From the sequence record DRR723986_1789: DNA of 64,000 bases. The stretch is one strand, 5' to 3'. Position 1 is the stretch's first letter. Every line of letters begins with the position of its first letter. Under the pieces are notes generated by a model. That model was not told the DNA's origin. It was given only the letters and a program-made list of their open reading frames with translations, and ran no database searches. The translations under genes were made by a program, and so were the position numbers. Shown one piece after another: positions 53,450 to 62,219 of the stretch.

Positions 53450-55318
53450 CTATTCAACGGTTACGCTCTTGGCCAGATTTCGGGGCTTATCCACGTCGCA
53501 TTCGCGCAACAAAGCGATTTCGTAGGAAAGCAGTTGCAATGGAATCGACGCAACAATCGGCTGCAGGAAGTCCTCAATCTCAGGAATCTTCACGACAGCG
53601 TCAGCCAACTTGGAAACCTGCGGATCATCGTGGTCGACGATGGCAATTACAGGGCCGCCGCGAGCTTTGACTTCTTGGAGGTTGCTGATCACTTTGTCAT
53701 AAACCGTCCCTTGAGGAACGATGAAGACGCTCGGTGTATGCTCGTCAACCAGAGCGATCGGGCCGTGTTTCATCTCTGCAGCAGGGTACCCCTCGGCGTG
53801 GATATAGCTGATCTCCTTCAGCTTCAATGCTCCCTCGAGTGCGGTTGGGAAATTAAACTTCCGCCCCAAGTACAAGAAATTCGTTGCGTCGGCGAACTTG
53901 GCTGCAATCTCTTTCACTTGGTCGTGGCACTGCAAAGTCTGCTCGACGATTTCCGGCAGCTTTTCTAGCTGAGCGATAATGCGCTGGCCAGCTTCGAAGC
54001 TCAAGTGACGCAGACGCCCGAGATAGAGAGCCAACATGCTCAGAACGGTTAGTTGCGACGTAAACGCCTTAGTCGATGCAACTCCGATTTCAGGGCCGGC
54101 GTGCAAGTAAATGCCACCGTCGGCCTCTTGTGCAATACTGCTGCCGATGACATTGCATATCGCCATCGTGTGGTGCCCTTTACGTTTCATTTCACGCAAG
54201 GCAGCCAAGGTGTCGGCGGTTTCACCACTTTGGGTGATCCCGAACACGATCGTTGATGGATCGACTGGAGGATTACGGTACCGCAGCTCACTCGCATACT
54301 CAACTTCAACAGGAACGCGAGCCAGTTCTTCCATCAAGTACTCGCCGACGAGCGCTGAGTGCCAGCTTGTACCGCAACCGGTCAAGATGATACGCTCGAT
54401 CGCACGCAGTTGTTGGGTGGTCAGGTTCAACCCGCCGAATTTGGCCGTTGCATTGTCGTGATCAATCCGACCTCGAAGTGCATTCCGAATCGACTGTGGC
54501 TGTTCGTAGATTTCCTTCAGCATGTAATGGTCGAAGCCCTCAAGGTTTACATCTTGAGACTGACCATTGAGCGTCTGGATATCAGGGCGAACTCGTCCTT
54601 GGTCCCGATGCAGTACTTGGATACTGTCGGGACGAATAACCGCCAATTGGTGATCGGCCAAGTAGATGATCTTCTCGGTGAATCCGACTAGCGGCGATGT
54701 ATCGCTTGCAACGTATTGTTCGTTCTTGCCAACGCCGACTACCAGCGGGCTGCCACAACGAGCGGCGATCAGCAAATCGGTGTGATCGCGGAACAGAGCC
54801 ACGATTCCGTACGTGCCACGCAGTTGTGCGATGGTCGCTTGCACCGCATCGATGCATTGCTGGACAGAGATGCTAGGATCGCTGGCAGATTCCGTCGCTG
54901 TCTTCAGATGGTCAGCAATCAGATGCGCGACGACTTCACTGTCGGTCTGCGAGTGGAATCGATAGCCCTTCGCTTCCAGTGAAGACTTAATGGATTCAAA
55001 ATTTTCGATAACGCCGTTGTGCACTACGGTAACAATCCCGTTTCCGCCATTGTGCGGGTGGGCGTTGACTTGAGTTGCTGCACCGTGCGTTGCCCAGCGC
55101 GTATGACCAATGCCAGCGATACCTGACATCGAACGGCTCTTCAGGGCCTCAGCCAGCTCGGCGACGCGGCCCGCTACCTTCGTCACCTGGATTGGTTCCG
55201 ATTGCCGAAGCGTGGCAATTCCAGCACTGTCGTAGCCGCGATACTCAAGGCGTTGCAGACCACTTACGAGAAATGGACAGGCGTCGTTGTGACCGATGTA
55301 ACCAACAATTCCACACAT
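53450..55318 (-). CDS. glmS: Glutamine--fructose-6-phosphate aminotransferase
   Basis: MCGIVG, LEYRGYDSAG, GHTRWATHG, HNGVIEN, SGETADT, EGALKLKEISY and DKPRNLAKSVTVE. Confidence 0.98.
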   Translation of the reverse strand: MCGIVGYIGHNDACPFLVSGLQRLEYRGYDSAGIATLRQSEPIQVTKVAGRVAELAEALKSRSMSGIAGIGHTRWATHGAATQVNAHPHNGGNGIVTVVHNGVIENFESIKSSLEAKGYRFHSQTDSEVVAHLIADHLKTATESASDPSISVQQCIDAVQATIAQLRGTYGIVALFRDHTDLLIAARCGSPLVVGVGKNEQYVASDTSPLVGFTEKIIYLADHQLAVIRPDSIQVLHRDQGRVRPDIQTLNGQSQDVNLEGFDHYMLKEIYEQPQSIRNALRGRIDHDNATAKFGGLNLTTQQLRAIERIILTGCGTSWHSALVGEYLMEELARVPVEVEYASELRYRNPPVDPSTIVFGITQSGETADTLAALREMKRKGHHTMAICNVIGSSIAQEADGGIYLHAGPEIGVASTKAFTSQLTVLSMLALYLGRLRHLSFEAGQRIIAQLEKLPEIVEQTLQCHDQVKEIAAKFADATNFLYLGRKFNFPTALEGALKLKEISYIHAEGYPAAEMKHGPIALVDEHTPSVFIVPQGTVYDKVISNLQEVKARGGPVIAIVDHDDPQVSKLADAVVKIPEIEDFLQPIVASIPLQLLSYEIALLRECDVDKPRNLAKSVTVE

Positions 55319-55580
55319 GCTTTGCGGAGCTTTCAACTGACAGTGTGACAAGAACCAACTCACCGCCCGGCAGGTTGTAACGCCTACAACGCTTGTGCAC
55401 GCGAACTCTCCGCCAAGAGATGCCTTATACGACGAGAGTAGGTCACGCCTGCGCGGCGGGCTAACGATTCTAGAGCCTGAAGCACAAAAAGGCTCGGCCT
55501 GCGTTCAGTTTCTGCAGTCCAAGCCCTTTGCCCTGTCATTCCTTGTCCCACTCAGCGGGGCTTCCGTCCACCGCAGCCGC

Positions 55581-56900
55581 CTATTGGGGGGCGAGGGGCG
55601 TCGCTAGATTTCCGCTAAATCCATCGTCGTCATCAGCTAAAGCTGCCGCTCCGATGGCAAGTCCTGCGACACCTAGTAGCCCACCGGGGCCACCGAAGCC
55701 GCCAAGCCCAGCTCCACCGAAGCCACCGCCGCCAAAACCGCCACCGCCAAAGCCTCCTCCGAAACCACCGCCGTACCCAAAGCCGCCTGGGCCGATGAAG
55801 CCATTGTGATTCGCCAAACCACCCCCAAGCGGCGCTGTAGTCGGCTCGGCAACCACCTCACCGCAACAGCATGACGATTGCTGGCAATCCGTGCAGACTG
55901 CTGCATCATGACATGGAGTCGACGCTTCCGGCATGGCAACCAGCTCGCACGATAACACTGGGCAGCATGTGCGGTGTCGTCGCCCAAAGATTCCCCGACG
56001 CCGCAGTGAAACAAAACGGAAGCGAGCCTCGGCGTCGGTGTCGCTACCCAAGCTCGGCAGCTCACCTTCATTGGCTTTGGGAAGATCACGTCCCTTCGGC
56101 CCAGCGCTTGGAGCAAGCTGCTGTACCGGCGGGATCGCTTCGAATGCGGTGGCCATGAAGCCAGCGTCACCGTAGGCAACGACTGAGTATTTGCCGGGAC
56201 GAAGGGGAACCGAGTAGCTCCCGTCACGGGCCGTAGCAACTTGTTCAATGGCCTTTCCATCTTGGATAATGGCAACCTTCAAGCCGGAAAGGTCTTGGTC
56301 TGAAATCCGCCACCCCGGCTTCGAAACTTGACCATAGATTCGTCCGTCAATGAGCTCCACAGTGGGGGCATCATTGAACTGCCTTTGCTTTGCAACTGGG
56401 TCCGACTGAAGCTTGCGATAATACAACTCGGGCTGTTCAATCAGGGTAGGGGCCCAGGCCGCCGCCAAGACTTCTCGCATCGCACTTTGCGGAACATTTG
56501 CTGCCAGTAATTGAACAGTCGATCCCAGGTGAGACTGCTTCGGTGCAAGCACATGAATTGAAGTAGCAGAATAGAAATCTTTACCAACGACCTGCACGGC
56601 GTAGGCCCCAGGCTTGATGCCCTTGAGGCTGGCTTTGCCATCGGCGTCCAACTTAGCAGTCATCAACGCCTTGCCAGCTTGGCCAACGACTAACTGCGCG
56701 TCGCGTGCAGCAACTAACTCAGTCGCCATGAATCGTTTTACGGAGAACTCCACTTCGCCGGAAGCTCCTGCCGTTACCCAACTCGTTGGGTGCAGTGGAT
56801 TGACGTAGTCCAACGAATCAGGCTCTCCGCCCCGAACTGAGGAACCCACCGCACAAACGAATAGAAAACACAATAAATAGACGGTGAGACAGCGTATCAT
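55581..56900 (-). CDS. Secreted protein with two carboxypeptidase-regulatory-like (Cna/prealbumin-type) beta domains, a Cys-rich segment and a Gly-rich hydrophobic C-terminal tail
   Basis: Signal peptide, two 'DG....l.PG.Y.V' repeats, CC/CxxC clusters, and GGF/GGGG repeats followed by a hydrophobic helix and DDDD. Confidence 0.7.
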   Translation of the reverse strand: MIRCLTVYLLCFLFVCAVGSSVRGGEPDSLDYVNPLHPTSWVTAGASGEVEFSVKRFMATELVAARDAQLVVGQAGKALMTAKLDADGKASLKGIKPGAYAVQVVGKDFYSATSIHVLAPKQSHLGSTVQLLAANVPQSAMREVLAAAWAPTLIEQPELYYRKLQSDPVAKQRQFNDAPTVELIDGRIYGQVSKPGWRISDQDLSGLKVAIIQDGKAIEQVATARDGSYSVPLRPGKYSVVAYGDAGFMATAFEAIPPVQQLAPSAGPKGRDLPKANEGELPSLGSDTDAEARFRFVSLRRRGIFGRRHRTCCPVLSCELVAMPEASTPCHDAAVCTDCQQSSCCCGEVVAEPTTAPLGGGLANHNGFIGPGGFGYGGGFGGGFGGGGFGGGGFGGAGLGGFGGPGGLLGVAGLAIGAAALADDDDGFSGNLATPLAPQ

Positions 56901-57293
56901 CAGACGACTCCCAAACGCCGCTGATTCTCAGTGGAATCAACCGCGTAACAATGAATGCACCAGGCGTTTTAAAAAAGAAATATGCAGCGGAGTCATGGCA
57001 GCGAGAGTTGCGCCAAAACTAAAGAAACCTTGAAAGAAAAGCGGCGAATGCAGTGTTTGCCACACCTTTTCATCACCACGCACCGAAAACTGCGGCGCAA
57101 AACGGGGAGGCGCTTGTGGGAACCCGCTTAGTCATGTTGGGGTACACCGAGGCAGCCAGGGAGGTGTGCGCAAACTGATGCTTCAAGATGATCCGCTCAG
57201 TCTCAACCTGAGAGCTCCACTGCTCACAGTGGCCAGCGGCGAACGAGATGAGGGATCGGTGATCAGCAGGACCGGCGATCAGCCCAATCAGAG

Positions 57294-58418
57294 CTAGGCC
57301 GAGCTCTTGGCGGCCGAGCGGCGGGCGGGCTTGGGGACGACCTCGAGCCGCGGGACAATGGTGGTTCCACCATGAAAGGTTCGCCCCGAATCAAGGTAAT
57401 GATCGAAGGCGAACGCGCCGTGCTTGGCGTTGCCTGCACGCAAGCAGCGGAGAATTGCAGCATTGCCGCATTCGGGGCAGCGAACGCGTAGCCCATGACT
57501 GTCCAGCAAGCCGTGCAGCATCTTGGCGAAGGCCTGTTTGTCCGCGAGCGACTCAAATGCCCAGCCCTCGAAGACTTTCAAGCGATTTTGGATCGCCAGC
57601 ACAATCTCCTGCTGCATCTTCCGCACATCGCCCGAGAGGGCCGCGAGTTGCTTGGACGCCAACTCTGCGGTAGCCGTTGGCAGTGCCATTCTCTGGCGCA
57701 TGCCAACGTAAACCCGTTCGGCGACTAACTGCACGCCGCGCAAATAGAGGCTTCGGCGATCGGCTGGAATCCCAGCTCGGGCCACTTCGTCACCGTGGGG
57801 CAAAACAATCTCGAGCAAACCAATCGGCTCTTGAAGGTGCAAAACCGGCGAAAACAACAGAGGGTAGCCAGTTGGGTTGGACGACTGAACTTTGCCGTCC
57901 TGCAGGTCGGCTTCAGACTCACGAGGCCTTTCTTCGGAAGTTGTTGGCGTTTCTTCGGAAGCGGCTTGGGGCGTAGGCTGCGATCCGCGGGGCTCGGCAA
58001 GCATCGGACCTCGCTGCTTCCAAGCTAACTGGACCAGTTTTTCGTGCTTCTTGTGATCGCCAAGCGACTGCAATATGTCATCCATGCGGTAGCGAATACC
58101 AAGCAGCGCATCCTGAGAACCTTCGGCCCGCATCCAGACGACAGCCGCGATTCCGCCCATCAGCTTGCACAACTGAGGCAAAAGGGCCTCAAGGAAGCTC
58201 TGCAGTGTCAAATCGCTAGCAATCAGCTCGGCGAGTTCGCGAACTTGCCGCTCCGAGTCCAGGCCCCGCTGCTTGGCCTGCGCCTCAATTTCCTGCTGGC
58301 CGGGACCGGTGGCTGAAGCAGCGCCTGCGGTGCTGGCCGCCGAGGCGCGCGCGAGCGAACCGCCGGACAAGTCAGATGGCAACGCCTGCAAGGTTTGTTT
58401 GAGCGGGTCGATAGTCAA
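57294..58418 (-). CDS. GAF-like domain protein with C-terminal Cys/His Zn-ribbon-like domain
   Basis: GAF-like segment alignable by eye to the 59047 protein. C-terminal CPECG..C..DH..H. Confidence 0.7.
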   Translation of the reverse strand: MTIDPLKQTLQALPSDLSGGSLARASAASTAGAASATGPGQQEIEAQAKQRGLDSERQVRELAELIASDLTLQSFLEALLPQLCKLMGGIAAVVWMRAEGSQDALLGIRYRMDDILQSLGDHKKHEKLVQLAWKQRGPMLAEPRGSQPTPQAASEETPTTSEERPRESEADLQDGKVQSSNPTGYPLLFSPVLHLQEPIGLLEIVLPHGDEVARAGIPADRRSLYLRGVQLVAERVYVGMRQRMALPTATAELASKQLAALSGDVRKMQQEIVLAIQNRLKVFEGWAFESLADKQAFAKMLHGLLDSHGLRVRCPECGNAAILRCLRAGNAKHGAFAFDHYLDSGRTFHGGTTIVPRLEVVPKPARRSAAKSSA

Positions 58419-59046
58419 ATGTCTATTTATCGTGCTAGCGTACGGTCAACCGCAGGGCATGTTCCGTGGGTGCGGTAGTCTTCTTCCATCGAAATAGGCA
58501 GTCGGGCCGCTATTTCGAGGCGTTCGGGATCCTGACTGAATCAATCGTGACTGGGACACTCGGCGATTCAACACAGCCGCGGCTGACTTTGTCGCCGCAA
58601 ATTGCTCGGCTGGCCATCTGGCGCGATTGGACGGGGTAATCAGGCCTGTCCTCGGCGAACCAAACGGTCAATGTCGAAAAATTGGAAAAGTTGCCTGCGC
58701 AGCTATTTCTTTGATGAACTCCATGAGTTTATACTCTTGGTATTAACATCCAACAAGGGACAGGCGATAAAACTGTTTGGCCTTTGATTTTATTGCCCGC
58801 TGAGCCAATGATATAGCTTTCAATGGTGAGTGATTGGTATAACCGGCGCGGTCGAACGCGGTATTACAATTCCTTCCACAAGTGCTGAGCCATGGTTCTT
58901 GAAGTACATCAGGCGGCATTTACTGTCGGACTTGCAACAGCCAAGTCTGCCCTGATTGCTGGGTGAATTAGTTGGCTGGTGAAACTGCAGCTCGTTGTGA
59001 GCGGGTTGCGGGCAAAGCGGTAGAGAGATTTAAGAAGCGGAACTAT

Positions 59047-61092
59047 ATGTCAACGACTCCATCGCCAGAAACGGTCGAACAAACGAAACAACAGATTCGT
59101 GCGTTGATCAATGAGATTGCCGATCTTTCGCGGTCTGACTCTCAGGCCGAAGAATATTTTCCGGCGGTGCTAAAGAGGATCGTCGACGCGCTGGCTGCCG
59201 TTGGTGGGGCGATTTGGCTGCTCGATGAAGAGGGGCAACTGCGTCTGAGCTATCAGATCAATGTCAACCAAGAGCTGCTGGAAGCGGATACAGAGGAATC
59301 ACAAAAACATACCAAGCTACTGTCGCGGCTCTTCGGTCGCGGTCAAAGCGAGCTGGTACCGCCCAACTCGATGATTGGCGAAAGCCAAGACGAGGGTAAC
59401 CCATCGGAGTACCTGCTGGTCGTCTCGCCGCTTTCCAGTGGTCGGCAACCGACAGGATTGGTCGAAGTTTTCCAGCGTCCGAACTCTGCGCCAAACATCC
59501 AGCGTGGTTACCAACGCTTCTTGGATCAAATGGCCGGCCTGATCGGAGAATGGCTCAAAGGGCACACGCTTCAGCAGGTGTCCGACCGCCAGATCATGTG
59601 GCAGCAGGCGGATCACTTCGCGCGATTGGTGCACGACAATCTCGAACTACGCGATACAGCATTCACAATCGCCAACGAAGGTCGCCAATTGATCGGCTGC
59701 GACCGTGTTAGCATCGCCTTGAAGAAAGGCCGTAAGTGCAAGGTGGAGGCGATCAGCGGTCAGGACTCCATTGAGAATCGTTCCAACATTGTCACTTCGC
59801 TGAACCTACTCGCCACACGCGTCGTTTCCGCAGGTGAGTCGCTCTGGTACGACGGCTCCGTTGAAGATTTGCCTCCACAATTGGAAGAAGCGATCGAGGA
59901 TTACGTCGATCTCTCCCACGGCCGTTCCATTGCGGTGCTACCGATTCGACGCCCTGAAAAGGTTGTCGAGGGCGACGTGCAGTCCAAAGAAATGGTCCAG
60001 CGCGAAGACCTGTCCAAGCGAGAGATCATTGGTGCATTGATTGTTGAACAAATTGAAAGCCAAATTGCACCTGAGGCGTTACGATCCCGCTGCGACCTTG
60101 TCTACGAACACGCGGCTCGTGCGCTGAACAACTCAATGGCGCACTCCGACCTTTTCCTAATGCCGCTGTGGCGACTACTTGGTCGAGGCATGTGGCTGTT
60201 CAAGGGCTCGGCGTTTCCGAAGACCATGGCCGTGCTAACGCTGATCATCGCGGGATTGCTGGCCATGTTCTTGATCAAGATCGATCATGATCTCGAAGCA
60301 AACGGAACCCTCCAACCAACTGCTCAGCGGCAAGTGTTTGCTCACATCGACGGTGAAGTTGAAGATGTCCGCGTTAAACATGGGGATACGGTGAAGGCAG
60401 GCGACGTGCTCGTTGTCCTGCGAAATCGCGACCTTGAAATTGAGATGACGCAAATTGAGGGCGAGCTGCAAAAAACCCGTGAGCAAATCTTTGCAATGGG
60501 ACAACTTGCTGATCGTGTTGTCAACGACCCGCTAGAACGCCAACGCCTCACCTATCAACAGTATGAGTATCAGACTCAGTTCAATGCTCTCACTCGCCAG
60601 TACGAATTGCTCAATGAGAAGAAGGCCAAGCTTGTCCTGACTAGCCCGATCGATGGCGTCATCATGACATGGGACTTGCAAAAAACACTTCGCGAACGGC
60701 CGATCGTCACCGGTCAAGTACTGGTGAGCATCGCGGATCCGACGAAGGATTACGAACTGGAATTGCTGATGCCCGAGAAACGGATGAAGTATCTCGACAT
60801 GGCATTTGAAGAGAACGGAGGCAAGGATCTAGACGTTGACTTCATCCTGGCAAACGATCCAGCAATTGACCACACCGGCAAGCTGTCCAAGGATCAAATC
60901 CACGAGAGGGCTGAACTCGATGACACCGACGGCGCAGTCGTGAAATTACGGGTGAAGCCGGACTCTATGGATGGCATTCGAGTGAAAACTGGCGCGACTG
61001 TAGTGGCGGATGTCACCTGTGGTCGACGCAACGCCGCGTTCGTTTGGTTCCACGAAGTTATCGAATGGGTGCAAGCAAACGTGATTTTCTAG
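59047..61092 (+). CDS. Tandem GAF-like domains + TM + HlyD-type membrane fusion protein
   Basis: Two GAF-like regions (AVGGAIW; GCDRVSIA), TM helix, lipoyl-like VFAHIDGEV..V.VKHGD.V.AG, coiled coil and SPIDG.I. ATG 59047; ORF from 58972. Confidence 0.88.
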   Translation: MSTTPSPETVEQTKQQIRALINEIADLSRSDSQAEEYFPAVLKRIVDALAAVGGAIWLLDEEGQLRLSYQINVNQELLEADTEESQKHTKLLSRLFGRGQSELVPPNSMIGESQDEGNPSEYLLVVSPLSSGRQPTGLVEVFQRPNSAPNIQRGYQRFLDQMAGLIGEWLKGHTLQQVSDRQIMWQQADHFARLVHDNLELRDTAFTIANEGRQLIGCDRVSIALKKGRKCKVEAISGQDSIENRSNIVTSLNLLATRVVSAGESLWYDGSVEDLPPQLEEAIEDYVDLSHGRSIAVLPIRRPEKVVEGDVQSKEMVQREDLSKREIIGALIVEQIESQIAPEALRSRCDLVYEHAARALNNSMAHSDLFLMPLWRLLGRGMWLFKGSAFPKTMAVLTLIIAGLLAMFLIKIDHDLEANGTLQPTAQRQVFAHIDGEVEDVRVKHGDTVKAGDVLVVLRNRDLEIEMTQIEGELQKTREQIFAMGQLADRVVNDPLERQRLTYQQYEYQTQFNALTRQYELLNEKKAKLVLTSPIDGVIMTWDLQKTLRERPIVTGQVLVSIADPTKDYELELLMPEKRMKYLDMAFEENGGKDLDVDFILANDPAIDHTGKLSKDQIHERAELDDTDGAVVKLRVKPDSMDGIRVKTGATVVADVTCGRRNAAFVWFHEVIEWVQANVIF

Positions 61093-61184
61093 GTTCGCTG
61101 GCCATAAAGCCTGACATTTGATCGTTCGGCTTTCAAACGCAATTCGACATATCAACCAAGCTCATCAAAACGGAAGTTCTCAAT

Positions 61185-62135
61185 ATGTCTCGTCCATACT
61201 CGTCAATTGCAACCGGTGCTCTGGCAATCGCAGGGCTGTTTTGTGGCGGACTCACCAACCAGGTCGCCGCTCAGCAGCCGACTTCAATCGTCATTCAAGA
61301 CGCACAGGTTCGCTTGATCCACACGATCGATGTTGCTGCACAAGCAGATGGGTTGATTGAGGGTATTCAAACCGATGAGGGACAGACGGTCACGCCCAAG
61401 CAGCCAATTGTGAAAATCGATTCGCGAGTCGCTGAGGCGGAGGTTGCCGTTGCTCGCACAGAAGTTGAAGCAGCCAAAGAAAAGGCAGCCAACAATGCCG
61501 AGATTGAATTCGCGGAAGCATCAGACGCTGTCGCTCAAGAAAACTTCAAGCGACAGATAGCGCTGCTAAAGCGCGGTGTCATTAGCGAAGCCGAGTATCG
61601 ACGCGCCGAATTGGAATCGATCAAGACCGAGAAAGGTGTTGAAGCCCAGCAACTCCGGAAAAAGCAAGATGAGATGCAAGTCAGAGTTGCAGAGGAGAAG
61701 CTAAAGCAGGCTCAAGTGCAACTGGAAATGTACACAGTTCTTGCTCCGATGGAGGGCATTATCACCGAGCGCCTAAGAGATCAGGGAGAATGGATTCGAG
61801 CAGGGGAACCTGTCTTCCGAATGGTGCATCTCAATGAAGTTAAGGTCGAAGCCAAGGTTGCTGTCTACCGAGGCGACGCAGGAAATGGCGCGTACGGCGG
61901 ACAGACGGTTGCTTCGGTTTCACCTTCAGAACTCAAGAATGCCAAGATGCGAATCACCGTCCACGTGGCTCCTGACTACAAACCGCAATTTGAATCCAAA
62001 GTTGAATTCGTGGATCCCGTCATCGTGGCAGGCCAAGTCAAAGTGTGGTCGAAAATCCCCAACCAACGCGTAGGCGACGGACCGTGGATTCTTCAAGATG
62101 GCATGTTGGCAACCGTGGAAATCATCGTCCCGTAG
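61185..62135 (+). CDS. HlyD/RND periplasmic adaptor subunit (secreted)
   Basis: Signal peptide, VAAQADGLI..EGQ.V, coiled coil, APMEGII..GEWI..GEP and VEFVDP. Confidence 0.9.
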   Translation: MSRPYSSIATGALAIAGLFCGGLTNQVAAQQPTSIVIQDAQVRLIHTIDVAAQADGLIEGIQTDEGQTVTPKQPIVKIDSRVAEAEVAVARTEVEAAKEKAANNAEIEFAEASDAVAQENFKRQIALLKRGVISEAEYRRAELESIKTEKGVEAQQLRKKQDEMQVRVAEEKLKQAQVQLEMYTVLAPMEGIITERLRDQGEWIRAGEPVFRMVHLNEVKVEAKVAVYRGDAGNGAYGGQTVASVSPSELKNAKMRITVHVAPDYKPQFESKVEFVDPVIVAGQVKVWSKIPNQRVGDGPWILQDGMLATVEIIVP

Positions 62136-62219
62136 CAACAGAGTGTTGACTGAGTCGTCGTTTTGAAACGTAGGGTGGGCACAAGTCCCCCCAAGTGACC
62201 TTTGCGAGAATCCTAGCCT

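Noticed and set aside
55319-55580. glmS ribozyme upstream of glmS
   Set aside because: I could not find the conserved ribozyme core, and it is mainly known from Firmicutes-type genomes.
55528-55809. Pro/Lys-rich extensin-like ORF on the + strand
   Set aside because: It is the antisense reading of the Gly-rich tail of the 55581-56900 gene.
62170-62192. GTAG-type REP-like sequence (GTAGGGTGGGCACAAGTCCCCCC)
   Set aside because: Single, imperfect copy with nothing similar elsewhere in the window.
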